NCBI GenBank assembly: GCA_046594835.1
Contig: JBKJQZ010000165.1
Location: 1-40,828 of the forward strand
DNA from: Acidimicrobiales bacterium
GTDB lineage: Bacteria; Actinomycetota; Acidimicrobiia; Acidimicrobiales; JACCXE01
Length of the DNA stretch: 40,828 bases
Direction: 5' to 3'
The translations under genes and the position numbers were made by a program. Below, piece after piece: positions 18,219 to 28,685 of this stretch. Positions within the stretch are counted from its first letter, which is position 1, and each line of letters starts with the position of its first letter. Under the pieces are notes generated by a model. That model was not told where the DNA came from, did not search any database, and worked only from the letters and a program-made list of their open reading frames with translations.

Positions 18219-20138
18219 TTGATCGACGCCGCAGTACTCATCCCGCTGTTTCCCCTGCTGGGGTTCGCGACGCTGCTGTTTTTTGGCAAGCGCATCGGCG
18301 ATCCGCTGTCGGGTTGGATTGCGACCTCCGCCATGGGCGGTGCGTTCCTCAGCGCGTGCATCACCTTCGCCGGGCTCCTCGAACTTCACGGCGAGGAGCG
18401 CCATCACATCCAGAAGTTGTTCACCTGGATCTCCGCCGGCAACCTCAAGGTCGACGCCGCGCTGCTGATTGACCCCCTGAGCATCACGATGGCGTTGTTC
18501 GTAACCGGAGTCGGCACGCTGATCCACCTCTACGCCGTCGGCTACATGCACGGCGACGAGAAGTTCTCGAAGTTCTTTGTCTACCTGAACCTCTTTGCCT
18601 TCTCCATGCTGATGCTCGTACTCGGCTCGTCGATGTTGGTTGCGTTCCTCGGATGGGAAGGCGTCGGCGCGTGCTCGTACTTCCTCATCAGCTTCTGGTT
18701 CGATCGACCCGCCGCGGCGGCCGCAGGCAAGAAGGCGTTCATCACCAACCGCGTCGGCGACGTCGGTTTCATGCTGGCGATGTCGCTCGTGTTCGTCACG
18801 ATCGGTTCGCTCGATTTCACGGCGCTCACCCAGGCGCACCTGCCCGAGGTCACCGCTACCGGCATCGCGTTGCTGCTCTTCGTTGGCGCATGCGGCAAGT
18901 CCGCGCAGCTACCGCTGTACATCTGGTTGCCCGACGCCATGGAGGGCCCCACGCCGGTTTCCGCGCTGATCCACGCCGCGACGATGGTTACCGCCGGCGT
19001 GTACCTCATGTGCCGTATCGCCCCCGTACTGGCGCAGGCGCCCGACGCGTCCACCGTGATCGCGGTCGTCGGCTGCCTCACCGCATTCGTGGCCGCGACC
19101 ATCGCGGTTGCGCAGAACGACATCAAGAAGGTGTTGGCCTACTCAACGGTGAGCCAGCTTGGTTACATGTTCCTCGCCGTCGGCTCGGGCGCCTACGTGG
19201 CTGCGATTTTCCACATGATCACCCACGCCTTCTTCAAGGCGCTCATGTTCCTCGGTGCGGGCTCGGTCATCCACGGCATGCACCACGAGCAGGACATGAA
19301 AAAGATGGGCGGCCTGCGCAAGTTCATGCCGATCACCTCGGTGACCTTCATCATCGGCTGGCTCGCCATCGCCGGCGTCCCGCCGTTCGCAGGCTTCTGG
19401 TCTAAGGACGACATCCTGCTCGCCGCGTTCCACAAGAGCCCGATCCTCTGGGCGATGGGGCTCGTCACCGCGATCCTCACTGCGTATTACATGAGCCGTC
19501 AGGTGTACCTCGTCTTCTTCGGCGAGCCCCGCTTCGGCGAGGACCACGCGCACGACGCCGACGAGCACGTGGAAGGCGCCGACGAGCACGTGCATGCGCA
19601 CGAGCCGCACGAGTCGCCCTGGACCATGACGCTTCCGCTGGTTGTCCTGGCCGCTGCCGCGTTCCTCGGTGGCGCGCTCAACCTGCCCTTCAGCGAGAAG
19701 ACCGAGTTCCTCAACCACTTCCTGCATCCGGTGTTTCGCGACGCGCTCGTCGAGCTCGACTATTCGGGTCTGCAAAAGATCGTCTTCGCCGCGATCGCTA
19801 CCGGCGGCGCGCTTGGCGGTCTGTTCTTCGCCCGCAGCCAGTGGTCGAAGCGATCCGAGAACCCATCGCTCGAGCCGGCGTTGCTCGCCAACGCGTACAA
19901 CGCGGACGCGGTGGTTGACACGCTGATCGTGCGCCCCTCGCGCGCACTCGCCGAGGCCTCGCTCGCCATCGACTCCAATGTCGTCGACGGTGCGGTCAAC
20001 GGTCTCGCCGCGGTGGTGGCCAGGAGCGGCGGCGTCATCCGCAAAGCCCAGACCGGTTACGTGCGCAGCTACGCGCTCGTCGTAGCCGGCGGAACCGCAG
20101 CCATGATGCTGTGGGTCGTGTTTAGGAGTTTCTCGTGA
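18219..20138 (+). CDS. nuoL: NADH-quinone oxidoreductase subunit L (copy 1)
   Basis: GWEGVG, NRVGD, GKSAQLPL..WLPDAMEGPTPVSALIHAATMVTAGV, DIKKVLAYSTVSQLG, HAFFKA. Confidence 0.96.
   Translation: MIDAAVLIPLFPLLGFATLLFFGKRIGDPLSGWIATSAMGGAFLSACITFAGLLELHGEERHHIQKLFTWISAGNLKVDAALLIDPLSITMALFVTGVGTLIHLYAVGYMHGDEKFSKFFVYLNLFAFSMLMLVLGSSMLVAFLGWEGVGACSYFLISFWFDRPAAAAAGKKAFITNRVGDVGFMLAMSLVFVTIGSLDFTALTQAHLPEVTATGIALLLFVGACGKSAQLPLYIWLPDAMEGPTPVSALIHAATMVTAGVYLMCRIAPVLAQAPDASTVIAVVGCLTAFVAATIAVAQNDIKKVLAYSTVSQLGYMFLAVGSGAYVAAIFHMITHAFFKALMFLGAGSVIHGMHHEQDMKKMGGLRKFMPITSVTFIIGWLAIAGVPPFAGFWSKDDILLAAFHKSPILWAMGLVTAILTAYYMSRQVYLVFFGEPRFGEDHAHDADEHVEGADEHVHAHEPHESPWTMTLPLVVLAAAAFLGGALNLPFSEKTEFLNHFLHPVFRDALVELDYSGLQKIVFAAIATGGALGGLFFARSQWSKRSENPSLEPALLANAYNADAVVDTLIVRPSRALAEASLAIDSNVVDGAVNGLAAVVARSGGVIRKAQTGYVRSYALVVAGGTAAMMLWVVFRSFS
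19556..19592 (+). repeat. In-frame near-tandem duplication in nuoL (16-bp unit, 21-nt period)
   Basis: cgccgacgagcacgtg at 19556-19571 and 19577-19592, encoding ADEHV twice in the His-rich loop. Confidence 0.8.
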
Positions 20139-21673
20139 GCACGCTCATGCTGGCCGCCGAGGCCCACCACGCTGCCGCTCCGGCGTTCCCGGTGCTCACT
20201 GCGCTCGTGGTAGTGCCGGCGCTCACTGCGATCCTTGTGTCGTTGCTCCCCAAGCAGCGCGTTGATGTCATTCGTATGGCCGGCATCCTCGGCACCCTCG
20301 CCACCGCGATGATCGCCGGGTACATGGTCATGAAGTTCAAGACCGGTGAGGCGGATTACCAACTCGTCACCGATCACGCGTGGATTCGCGCGTTTGGGAT
20401 CCACTGGAAGCTCGGCGTCGACGGCATCAGTCTGTGGCTCGTCGCGCTGACGGGCATCTTGTTTCCGCTCGCGCTGGTTGGCCCTGTTGTGAACGACAAC
20501 GTGAAGACGTACGTGGCGTGGCTACTCGTGCTCGAGGCCGCGTGCATGGGCACGTTCCTTGCGCTCGACCTGTTCATGTTCTTTGTCTTCTTCGAAGTCG
20601 TGCTGGTCCCGATGTACTTCCTGATCGCCAACTGGGGCCATGGTCGTCGCGACTACGCGGCGATGAAGTTCTTCCTCTACACGCTGGCCGGGTCTGCGTT
20701 CCTGCTCGTCGGCATGCTCGCAGTGGTGTTCCTTCACGCCCGCGGCAACCCGATCACCTTCGACCTGGCCACGCTCGCCAAGGACCCAGGCGTGAGCTCG
20801 ACAACCGCGCGCTGGCTGTTCCTTGCCTTCACCGCAGCTTTCGCGGTGAAGGTGCCCCTGTTTCCGCTGCACACCTGGCTGCCCGACGCGCACACCGAAG
20901 CGCCCACCGCAGGCTCGGTGATCCTCGCGGGCCTGTTGCTGAAGATGGGCACCTACGGCATGTTGCGTTTCAGCATCGAGTTGTTCCCCAAGGCGGCGCA
21001 CGACCTCGCGCCGCTGCTCGTCACGCTCGCTGTCATTGGCATCATTTACGGCGCCGTCGTTGCTGCGATTCAGAAGGACCTGAAACGACTCGTCGCGTAC
21101 TCGTCGGTCGCGCACATGGGTTTCATCGTGCTCGGCATCTTCGCTTTCACTGGCCAAGGCATGTCTGGCGCCACGATCCAGATGATCAACCACGGCGTGT
21201 CTACCGGTGCGCTGTTCCTCCTCGTTGGTTGGATCTACGAGCGCCGCCACACGCGTGCGATCGCAGAGCTGAGTGGGCTCCAGAAGACCGTGCCGGTCCT
21301 CGCGGCGGTCTTTACCGTCGTCATGCTGAGCTCGATCGGACTGCCCGGCCTCAACGGCTTCGTCGGCGAGTTCCTGGTGCTCATCGGTAGTTTCGGCCCG
21401 CACCGTTGGTGGGCCGTAGTGGCCACGACCGGTGTGGTGCTCGCCGCGGTCTATCTGCTCTGGGCCTATCAACGTGTCTTCCACGGCGTGCCCGAGGGCG
21501 AGAACGCGGAGATCAAGGATCTCAACCTGCGCGAGAAGCTGGTTATGGTCCCATTGCTGCTGCTCATCGTCGGCATGGGCGTGTACCCGAAGCCCGTGCT
21601 CGACCGCATCAATCCGTCGGTTGACCGGCTGATCCACCACGTGCGCGTGGCCACCGACGGAGCGTCGAAGTGA
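20135..21673 (+). CDS. nuoM: NADH-quinone oxidoreductase subunit M (copy 1)
   Basis: LGVDGIS, FFE..LVPMYFLI, KVPLFPLHTWLPDAHTEAPT, LLKMGTYG, DLKRLVAYSS. Confidence 0.96.
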   Translation: MSTLMLAAEAHHAAAPAFPVLTALVVVPALTAILVSLLPKQRVDVIRMAGILGTLATAMIAGYMVMKFKTGEADYQLVTDHAWIRAFGIHWKLGVDGISLWLVALTGILFPLALVGPVVNDNVKTYVAWLLVLEAACMGTFLALDLFMFFVFFEVVLVPMYFLIANWGHGRRDYAAMKFFLYTLAGSAFLLVGMLAVVFLHARGNPITFDLATLAKDPGVSSTTARWLFLAFTAAFAVKVPLFPLHTWLPDAHTEAPTAGSVILAGLLLKMGTYGMLRFSIELFPKAAHDLAPLLVTLAVIGIIYGAVVAAIQKDLKRLVAYSSVAHMGFIVLGIFAFTGQGMSGATIQMINHGVSTGALFLLVGWIYERRHTRAIAELSGLQKTVPVLAAVFTVVMLSSIGLPGLNGFVGEFLVLIGSFGPHRWWAVVATTGVVLAAVYLLWAYQRVFHGVPEGENAEIKDLNLREKLVMVPLLLLIVGMGVYPKPVLDRINPSVDRLIHHVRVATDGASK

Positions 21674-23274
21674 ACCTGCTCGCCCAAGTCCTGCCGACTG
21701 ATCCCACGGCTCCCGCCGCGGGCAGCGCCACGTTCCAGCTCCCGCACGTGGAGTACTCGCTACTGCTTCCCGAGTTGATCGTGATCGGCGGTGCGCTCGT
21801 GCTGCTGCTGCTAACCGCGACGATGGTCAAGCGCAACCGCACGACCCTGAACACCCTGATCACACTCGCCACGCTCGTGGCCGCAGGGATTCCGCTCGTC
21901 TACCGCTGGAACGAATACAGCGACTACTCGGCCGCGCTGAAGAAACTCGGCGCCGTGGCCGACCAGTTCGGGTCGGCGGCCGCCGGTGGCCCGTCGACCC
22001 GCGCCGTGGTTGGCGCGGTCGTGAACGACGGCTTCGGGATCTTCCTCGTCGGGCTGTTGCTCGGCATCGCGTTCATGTCGGTGCTCATTGGCGACTGGTG
22101 GCTGCGTCGGGAGAACCAGAGCCGCGGCCCCGAGTTCCACGTGCTGGTCCTACTCGCGACCTCAGGCGCCATGATCATGGCGATCTCGAACGACCTGATC
22201 GTCACGTTCCTGGGCCTCGAAATCCTGTCGCTGCCGCTGTTCGTGCTCGCCGCCTTCCACAGTCGCCGGGCCCTGGGCCGCGAAGCGGCGATGAAGTACT
22301 TCATCCTCTCGGCCTTCTCGTCCGCGCTGTTCCTCTACGGCGTCGCGCTCACCTACGGCGCCACCGGCTCGACCAACCTCGACGAGATCGGCGCGTTCCT
22401 CGCCGCCAACGTCGCCACAGGCGGCGTGTTGCTCGCGGGCATCGCCCTGCTGCTCATTGGCTTCGCGTTCAAGGTCGCCGCCGTGCCGTTCCATACGTGG
22501 GCGCCCGACGTGTACCAGGGCGCGCCGTCCCCGGTATCGGGGTTCATGGCCGCAGCCGCCAAGGTCGGTGCGTTCGCCGGCATGTTGCGTGTGTTCATGA
22601 CGGCGTTCGAGTCGTCGCGTCTTGATTGGCAGCCCATGGTCGCCGCCCTCGCAGTGTTGAGCCTGGTCGTAGGAGCGGTGCTCGCCGCCGTGCAGACCGA
22701 CGTCAAGCGCATGCTTGCGTACTCGTCGATCAGCCACGCAGGCTTCATGCTCGTCGGACTGCAAGCCGGTACCGACAAGGGTGTGGCGGCGACGCTGGTT
22801 TACGTCGGCATTTACTCCTTCATGCTCCTCGGATCTTTCGCCGTGGTGACCGTGTTCGGCGGCCCGTCAGACGACGTCGCTCACACCGTCGAGGATTACA
22901 AGGGCATGGCGCGCCGTCGTCCCGGCTTGGCGCTGCTCTTTACGGTGTTCCTCCTCGCGCAGGCGGGCGTGCCGCTAACGGGCGGTTTCATCGCCAAGTT
23001 CAGCGTCATCGCAGCCGCGGTCGAAGCCAAGTCCTACGCGCTTGCGCTGATCGCCATGCTCTCGAGCGTGATCGCGGCGTTCCTGTACCTGCGCATCGTC
23101 CTGGCGATGTACGCGCCCGTTGAAGGCCAAGAAGACGTCGGCCGCGATGCGCGTCTGCGTCCCGCGGGACCGATAGCAATTGCGCTCGGCATCGCCGTCG
23201 TGGTCACCGTCATCACCGGCGTGCTGCCCGGTCCGGCGCTCGACCTCGCCCGTCACGCAACGATCGCCTTCTAA
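21670..23274 (+). CDS. nuoN: NADH-quinone oxidoreductase subunit N (copy 1)
   Basis: LEILSLP, EAAMKYF, FKVAAVPFHTWAPDVYQGAP, KRMLAYSSISHAG. Confidence 0.96.
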   Translation: MNLLAQVLPTDPTAPAAGSATFQLPHVEYSLLLPELIVIGGALVLLLLTATMVKRNRTTLNTLITLATLVAAGIPLVYRWNEYSDYSAALKKLGAVADQFGSAAAGGPSTRAVVGAVVNDGFGIFLVGLLLGIAFMSVLIGDWWLRRENQSRGPEFHVLVLLATSGAMIMAISNDLIVTFLGLEILSLPLFVLAAFHSRRALGREAAMKYFILSAFSSALFLYGVALTYGATGSTNLDEIGAFLAANVATGGVLLAGIALLLIGFAFKVAAVPFHTWAPDVYQGAPSPVSGFMAAAAKVGAFAGMLRVFMTAFESSRLDWQPMVAALAVLSLVVGAVLAAVQTDVKRMLAYSSISHAGFMLVGLQAGTDKGVAATLVYVGIYSFMLLGSFAVVTVFGGPSDDVAHTVEDYKGMARRRPGLALLFTVFLLAQAGVPLTGGFIAKFSVIAAAVEAKSYALALIAMLSSVIAAFLYLRIVLAMYAPVEGQEDVGRDARLRPAGPIAIALGIAVVVTVITGVLPGPALDLARHATIAF

Positions 23275-23861
23275 GACAGCCTCTTATTCGAACTGGTCGC
23301 AAGAACTGACTGGTTCCGTGCGTTTCTGCCACCAGATCTCGTGAAAAAGAGAAGGCATGCGGCGAGGATCCAGCCCGCTCCTGAGCCAAGCGTGTTGTAA
23401 ATCACGTCTTCAAGTTGCGCGATACGGCCCTGGCCTCCGACGAACTGGAGCGCCTCCGCCCCGACCGACAACAACACCCCGAGCGTCACCGTTTTGACCA
23501 GGCGCGTGCCCCGCCACGCCAGCGCGGCGCCGAAGGGCATGAACAGCGCGATGTTCGCCAGCACGAGGTCGCGTCGATGCACGGAGATCCGCGCCGCTTT
23601 GAGGTCGCCGAAAGGCGTGAGGTCAAGCACACGGCCGTGTCCTTCGTAGGGGGAGTGCTGGGTGAAGATCACGATCACCACAAGCCCGACGACGAAGAGC
23701 CAGTTCTTGGCGGCCCGTTCGAAGCCCCACTGGTTGATCCGGGCGGCGATCGTCATCAAGAGCGCGAGAAGCAGCGCCACCGTCACGGCGACTCGCAGGG
23801 TTTCGCCGAACATGTAGTCCAGCGGCCCGAGCACGGTGGCGCTAAGGGCTACCCCGAACAT
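23271..23861 (-). CDS. VanZ-family membrane protein
   Basis: NIALFMPFG, S..AEALQ and DVIYNTLG motifs; several TM helices; TAACCT 6 nt before the ATG. Confidence 0.8.
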   Translation of the reverse strand: MFGVALSATVLGPLDYMFGETLRVAVTVALLLALLMTIAARINQWGFERAAKNWLFVVGLVVIVIFTQHSPYEGHGRVLDLTPFGDLKAARISVHRRDLVLANIALFMPFGAALAWRGTRLVKTVTLGVLLSVGAEALQFVGGQGRIAQLEDVIYNTLGSGAGWILAACLLFFTRSGGRNARNQSVLATSSNKRLS

Positions 23862-23867
23862 CCCTAC

Positions 23868-23926
23868 AGGTTAGGGCGCAGAAATTAACCGGGGTTTCGC
23901 ATGTTTATCGGCGGCCTCGCTAGGCT
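23868..23926. promoter_or_regulatory. Divergent putative -10 elements for the VanZ-family gene and the second nuo operon
   Basis: TAACCT (minus, 23868-23873) is 6 nt before ATG 23861; TAGGCT (plus, 23921-23926) is 9 nt before ATG 23936. Confidence 0.45.
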
Positions 23927-23935
23927 CGCCGGGCG

Positions 23936-24301
23936 ATGTCGGACTATCTGGGCAACTTTCTAGTCGTTGCGATTGTCGGCTTTTCGGCCGTGCTTCTCGT
24001 GGCCGGTTTGTTGGGTTTGGGAAGCCTGCTACGACCCAAACGACCACAGCCGCAGAAGTACCTCACGTACGAATCGGGCGTGGACCCGATCGGCGACGGC
24101 TGGAGCCAAAGCCAGGTGCGGTATTACGTCTTCGCCCTGCTTTTCGTCATGTTCGACGTCGAAGCGGTCTTCATTTTTCCATGGGCCGTGCGCCTCGAAG
24201 CCTTCGGCGTGTTCGGACTCATCGAGATGCTCGTGTTCATTGCGATCCTCGCCCTCGGTCTTGTGTACGCGTGGCGGAAGGGCGTGCTCCGATGGGTCTA
24301 G
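23936..24301 (+). CDS. nuoA: NADH-quinone oxidoreductase subunit A (copy 2)
   Basis: [36 protein letters not shown]. Confidence 0.95.
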   Translation: MSDYLGNFLVVAIVGFSAVLLVAGLLGLGSLLRPKRPQPQKYLTYESGVDPIGDGWSQSQVRYYVFALLFVMFDVEAVFIFPWAVRLEAFGVFGLIEMLVFIAILALGLVYAWRKGVLRWV

Positions 24302-24807
24302 TCGACAGCGGGCGCTCACCAAAGGCGCTGACCTGGCTGCTCAATTACGGCCGCAAGCGCTCGCTGTGGGTGTACCAGTGGGGCCTCGCGTGCTGCGCGA
24401 TCGAGATGGGCGCGGCCTTTGCGTCGCCTCGCTACGACGTCATGCGTCTTGGGGTTATTCCCTTGCCGGCCTCGGCGCGCCAGGCCGACCTCGTGGTGAT
24501 CTCGGGCACCGTCACCGACAAGATGGCCCCGCCCATCCGTCGCCTGTACGAGCAGATGCCCGACCCCAAGTACGTGATCTCCATGGGCAGCTGCGCGAAC
24601 TGTGGCGGCCCATACTGGGATAGCTACTCGGTGACCAAAGGTGTCGACCAGATCATCCCAGTCGACGTCTACGTGCCGGGCTGCCCGCCGCGACCTGAGG
24701 CGCTGCTCGAAGGCATCGTGCTGCTGCAGGAACGGATCCAGAATGAAGACCCGGCCGAGCGCTGGCGCGGCGAACCGATCATCGTCGGCGGCGGAAGTAT
24801 CGAATGA
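24292..24807 (+). CDS. nuoB: NADH-quinone oxidoreductase subunit B (copy 2)
   Basis: [31 protein letters not shown]. Start ATG 24292. Confidence 0.95.
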   Translation: MGLVDSGRSPKALTWLLNYGRKRSLWVYQWGLACCAIEMGAAFASPRYDVMRLGVIPLPASARQADLVVISGTVTDKMAPPIRRLYEQMPDPKYVISMGSCANCGGPYWDSYSVTKGVDQIIPVDVYVPGCPPRPEALLEGIVLLQERIQNEDPAERWRGEPIIVGGGSIE

Positions 24808-25508
24808 GCGATACGCCGACCGTCGAGGCGACTGACGCGCCCGCAGATCCGCCCGCCGAAGAGGTGGCTGTCGTTGCGACCGATCCGGTTCGCGAGGCGC
24901 TCCTCGCGCAGATCACTGCGCAGTTCAGCGACGCCGTCGTCGGCAGCCACATCGCCAAGGGCGACCTGTGGGTGCGCGTCACGAACCAGAGCTGGCACGA
25001 CGTCATTGCCTTCTGCAAGAACGCACTCGGCTTCCGCTTCTTCGACTTTCTCTCTGGCCTGGACTGGCTTAACAACCCGAGCTTGTCGGGCGAGAAGGTT
25101 TGGGACGCCGACGCCGAGGCAGCGGCCCTTGCAGACATCGTCACGGGCTACGCGGGCGGCGACACCCGCTTCCAGGTGATGTGCCGTTTGCAGAACCTCG
25201 ACGCGCACCTCGGGCTCACCATCAAGGTTGACCTCGCGACCGACGAGCCGAGCGTCGGCACGATCACCGACGTGTTTGCCGGTGCCGACTGGCACGAACG
25301 TGAGGCGTGGGAGATGTACGGCTTCAACTTCGATGGCCACCCCGGGCTGCGCCACCTGTATCTGCCCAGCGCGTTCGAAGGCTTCCCGTTGCGCAAGGAC
25401 TTCCCGCTCCTGGCGCGCGAAATCAAGCCGTGGCCCGGCCTTGTCGACAAAGAACCAATGCCCGGCGAAGACGCCGAGGGCGACGAAGAATCTGAGGGTG
25501 GCGAATGA
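24804..25508 (+). CDS. nuoC: NADH-quinone oxidoreductase subunit C (copy 2)
   Basis: [25 protein letters not shown]. Confidence 0.94.
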   Translation: MSDTPTVEATDAPADPPAEEVAVVATDPVREALLAQITAQFSDAVVGSHIAKGDLWVRVTNQSWHDVIAFCKNALGFRFFDFLSGLDWLNNPSLSGEKVWDADAEAAALADIVTGYAGGDTRFQVMCRLQNLDAHLGLTIKVDLATDEPSVGTITDVFAGADWHEREAWEMYGFNFDGHPGLRHLYLPSAFEGFPLRKDFPLLAREIKPWPGLVDKEPMPGEDAEGDEESEGGE

Positions 25509-26689
25509 CCGCTACTGAAACCGTCTCCGAGTGGCAGAAGTCGGCCTACATCGCCGGCCAAGCCGCCGACGCGCGCGTGCACCTCGAGCTCGAGACCGAG
25601 GGCATGACCCTCAACATCGGCCCGCAGCACCCTGCCACCCACGGCACGCTGCGCATCGTCGTGCGCCTCGATGGCGAGCAGGTTCTTTGGGCCGATCCCG
25701 TTCCCGGCTACATGCACCGCGGCTACGAGAAGCTGTGTGAGGTTCGCAAGTACCCGCAGGTCACCACGCTCATCAACCGCATCGACTGGCTGGGCAGTTT
25801 CGCCAACGAAGTGCCGTTCATTCTGGCGGCCGAGCAGCTCATGGGTATCGAAGCCCCCGAGCGGGCGCAGTACATCCGCACCATTCTGTTCGAGCTCGCA
25901 CGCATCGCGAACATCGCGTTGTTCCTCGGTGACATGGGTGTGCAGCTCGGTGCCGTTACGCCGGTCTTCTACGCGTTCCGCGACCGCGAGCGCGTGCTCA
26001 ACCTGATCGAGTCCGCCACCGGTGGTCGGTTCCACCCGAACTTCGACCGCGTCGGGGGCCTCAAGGACGACCTGCCCAAGGGTTGGCTCGCCGAGGTCAA
26101 GGACGTAATGATCCGGGTGCGGAGCTTCTGCGACGAGATGGAAGATCTTCTCGTTGGCAACGAGATCTTCCAGACCCGTTGCCGCGGCATCGGCGTCATC
26201 CCGGCTGCCGTCGCCCTCGATTACGGCCTGAGCGGCGCGAACCTGCGCGCCTCGGGCGTCGACTGGGATCTGCGACGCGACGACACGTCGATCGCAATGG
26301 CGTGGAAGCACGCGGACTTCAAGGTCTGGACCCACCCCGACGGCGACAGCTTCGCCCGCTACTGGGTGCGCCTGCAGGAGACGCGTGAGGCGACGAAGAT
26401 CGTCGACCAACTCTGCGACAGCCTGCCCAGCGGCCCGATCATGACCAAGGTCCCGCGCATCATCAAGGTGCCCGAGGGCGAGGCCTATGTGCAGACCGAA
26501 AACCCTCTCGGTGTGATGGGTTACTACGTCGTGTCCAAGGGCGACCTGGGCCCGTTCCGGGTCAAGATCCGCAGCGCGAGCTTCAACAACATTTCGGTCG
26601 CGTCGTGGGTGCTGCGCGGTGTGTACGTGCCCGACGTCATCACGATCCTCGCCTCGTTGTACTTCATCCTCGGGGACATCGACCGCTAG
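25505..26689 (+). CDS. nuoD: NADH-quinone oxidoreductase subunit D (copy 2, divergent)
   Basis: NIGPQHPATHGTLR, GYMHRGYEK, ENPLG, C-terminal GDIDR; no NiFe-binding CxxC pairs. Confidence 0.95.
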   Translation: MTATETVSEWQKSAYIAGQAADARVHLELETEGMTLNIGPQHPATHGTLRIVVRLDGEQVLWADPVPGYMHRGYEKLCEVRKYPQVTTLINRIDWLGSFANEVPFILAAEQLMGIEAPERAQYIRTILFELARIANIALFLGDMGVQLGAVTPVFYAFRDRERVLNLIESATGGRFHPNFDRVGGLKDDLPKGWLAEVKDVMIRVRSFCDEMEDLLVGNEIFQTRCRGIGVIPAAVALDYGLSGANLRASGVDWDLRRDDTSIAMAWKHADFKVWTHPDGDSFARYWVRLQETREATKIVDQLCDSLPSGPIMTKVPRIIKVPEGEAYVQTENPLGVMGYYVVSKGDLGPFRVKIRSASFNNISVASWVLRGVYVPDVITILASLYFILGDIDR

Positions 26690-27709
26690 ATGGACCTGCT
26701 CGCGTTTTCGTATCCGGCTGAGACCGCCATCAAGATCGGCGCCGTCTTCGGCGTCATTCCTGTGGGCGCGCTCGTGTTTACCTACGTGTTCCTCTTCAAG
26801 ATGATGAGCCACATGCAGAGCCGACTCGGGCCGATGGAAGCGGGTCCGCACGGCGTATTGCAGCCCATCGTCGAGATGCTCAAGTTCCTGCAAAAGGAAG
26901 ACATCGTTCCGGCCAAGGCCGACCGTCTGGTGTTCAAGCTGGCACCGTTCGTGGTGCTGAGTTCGACGTTCCTGCTCTACGTCGTACTGCCCGCTGGGCC
27001 CGGACTCGTCATCGAAGACCTCAACACGGGCGTGTTCTTCGCGATGGCCGTTTCGTCGCTGTCGGTCATCGGCATCCTGATGGCGGGCTGGGCCTCGGCC
27101 AACAAGTACGCCCTCATCGGAGGCCTTCGCTCGGCCGGTCAGCTCATCGCCTACGAACTCCCGATGATCCTTGCGGTGGTCGGTGTGGTCATCCAGGCCG
27201 GGAGTCTCAGCCTGCAAGACATCGTGCATGCGCAGGCCGACGGCGCGATCTTCGGTATCGGCGCCATCGGTAACCCCTTCGTGCTGACGCAGTTCGTTGG
27301 GTTCGCAATATTCCTCATCGCCGCGCAGGCCGAGCTCACCCAGACGCCGTTCGATATGCCGGTCGCCGAATCCGAGCTGGTGGCGGGCTACATGACCGAG
27401 TACACCGGCGTGCGCTTCCTCCTCTTCTTCATCGGCGAGTTCGCAACCGCCTTCGCCTTCAGCGCGCTGGCCGCCACGCTGTTCCTCGGCGGCTGGTACA
27501 TCCCGGGCGTCCACGGCACGCTCGCCAACGTGCTCGGGCCGCTCGCGCTGGGCGGCAAGATCATGTTCCTGGGCTTCTTGATTTTCTGGGTCCGCTTCAG
27601 CTACCCACGTTTGCGTGAGGATCAGCTGCAGCGCATCGCGTGGAAAGCGCTCATCCCGCTGTCGCTGCTCAACATCGTGGTGACGGCAATTCTGAAGGTG
27701 GTCCTGTAA
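26690..27709 (+). CDS. nuoH: NADH-quinone oxidoreductase subunit H (copy 2)
   Basis: [46 protein letters not shown]. Confidence 0.95.
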   Translation: MDLLAFSYPAETAIKIGAVFGVIPVGALVFTYVFLFKMMSHMQSRLGPMEAGPHGVLQPIVEMLKFLQKEDIVPAKADRLVFKLAPFVVLSSTFLLYVVLPAGPGLVIEDLNTGVFFAMAVSSLSVIGILMAGWASANKYALIGGLRSAGQLIAYELPMILAVVGVVIQAGSLSLQDIVHAQADGAIFGIGAIGNPFVLTQFVGFAIFLIAAQAELTQTPFDMPVAESELVAGYMTEYTGVRFLLFFIGEFATAFAFSALAATLFLGGWYIPGVHGTLANVLGPLALGGKIMFLGFLIFWVRFSYPRLREDQLQRIAWKALIPLSLLNIVVTAILKVVL

Positions 27710-28194
27710 TGGCCCGCATCTTCGACGCCTACTTCAAGGGTCTCGGCGTCACGTTCAAGACGATGACGAAAAAGACCGTCACCGTGCAGTACCCGCACGA
27801 AAAAGAAGCGCCCACTGCGCGAGCCCGCGGCGTCATTGCGATGCTCGAGGAGAACTGCACCGTTTGCATGCTCTGCGTGCGTGAGTGCCCCGACTGGTGC
27901 ATCTATATCGAGGGCCACAACGACCTCGCCCCGCCGCGCCGCGAAGGCGGCAAGCCGCGTAAAGCCAACGTTCTTGATCGCTTCGATATCGACTACTCGC
28001 TTTGCATGTACTGCGGCATCTGCGTCGAGGTGTGCCCGTTCGACGCGCTGTTCTGGAGCCCCGAGTACGAGTACAGCGAGGTCAACATCGCCGACCTCCT
28101 GCACGACAAGAGCCGCCTTGCCGACTGGGTGCAGACCGTGCCCGAAGCGCCGGGCCTTGAAGCGGGCGCGCAGGCGAAGAAGGGGGCGAAGTAG
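27709..28194 (+). CDS. nuoI: NADH-quinone oxidoreductase subunit I (copy 2)
   Basis: TVQYP; [12 protein letters not shown] and [12 protein letters not shown]. Start ATG 27709 (TAATG overlap). Confidence 0.95.
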   Translation: MARIFDAYFKGLGVTFKTMTKKTVTVQYPHEKEAPTARARGVIAMLEENCTVCMLCVRECPDWCIYIEGHNDLAPPRREGGKPRKANVLDRFDIDYSLCMYCGICVEVCPFDALFWSPEYEYSEVNIADLLHDKSRLADWVQTVPEAPGLEAGAQAKKGAK

Positions 28195-28685
28195 TGACGG
28201 CAGAGAACGTCGCCTTCTGCGTGATCGCGCTCATCATGATGCTCTCGGCGTTGTCAGTGGTCACGAGCACAAACGTCGTGCGCGCCGCGCTGTCGCTGGT
28301 CATCGTGCTCGCGGGCGTCGCGGCGCAGTACATCCTGCTCGCGTCCGAGTTCACTGCGGTCGTGCAGGTGATGGTCTATATCGGAGCGGTCGTCGTGCTC
28401 TTCCTCTTCGGCATCATGTTGACCCGCGCCAAGATCGGCCTCGAGGCCGACCTTGATCACCCCAACCGTTGGCCGGCGGGCATCGTGTCGGTCGCACTGC
28501 TGGTCCTGCTCGTTGCGTTGCTGCGCGGCGCATTCGGCCGCACCCGCATCAACGTGGAGCATCCCTTCACCACCGGCCAGGTGGGCGACGCGATCTTCTC
28601 CACCTACCTCGTGCCCTTCGAGGTCGCCTCCGTGCTGCTTCTCGCCGCGCTGGTGGGCGCCATTGTTCTGGCGAGGAGGGACTGA
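28194..28685 (+). CDS. nuoJ: NADH-quinone oxidoreductase subunit J (copy 2)
   Basis: [37 protein letters not shown]. Confidence 0.95.
   Translation: MTAENVAFCVIALIMMLSALSVVTSTNVVRAALSLVIVLAGVAAQYILLASEFTAVVQVMVYIGAVVVLFLFGIMLTRAKIGLEADLDHPNRWPAGIVSVALLVLLVALLRGAFGRTRINVEHPFTTGQVGDAIFSTYLVPFEVASVLLLAALVGAIVLARRD

Noticed and set aside
23290-23300. GAACTGGTCGC identical to one arm of the terminator at 40584-40594, suggesting a direct repeat flanking the second operon
   Set aside because: Many 11-mer matches are expected by chance in 41 kb; the match does not extend and no recombinase is associated.
25505-26689. Second operon as a group 4 [NiFe]-hydrogenase or Mrp-type complex
   Set aside because: NuoD2 lacks both CxxC nickel-binding motifs, ends in GDIDR, and the gene set is the standard nuoA-D,H-N.
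25148-27514. 788-aa minus-strand ORF, and similar long ones at 33136-34674, 35370-36602 and 37873-39345
   Set aside because: They lie opposite well-supported genes, have the composition typical of antisense frames and show no domains.
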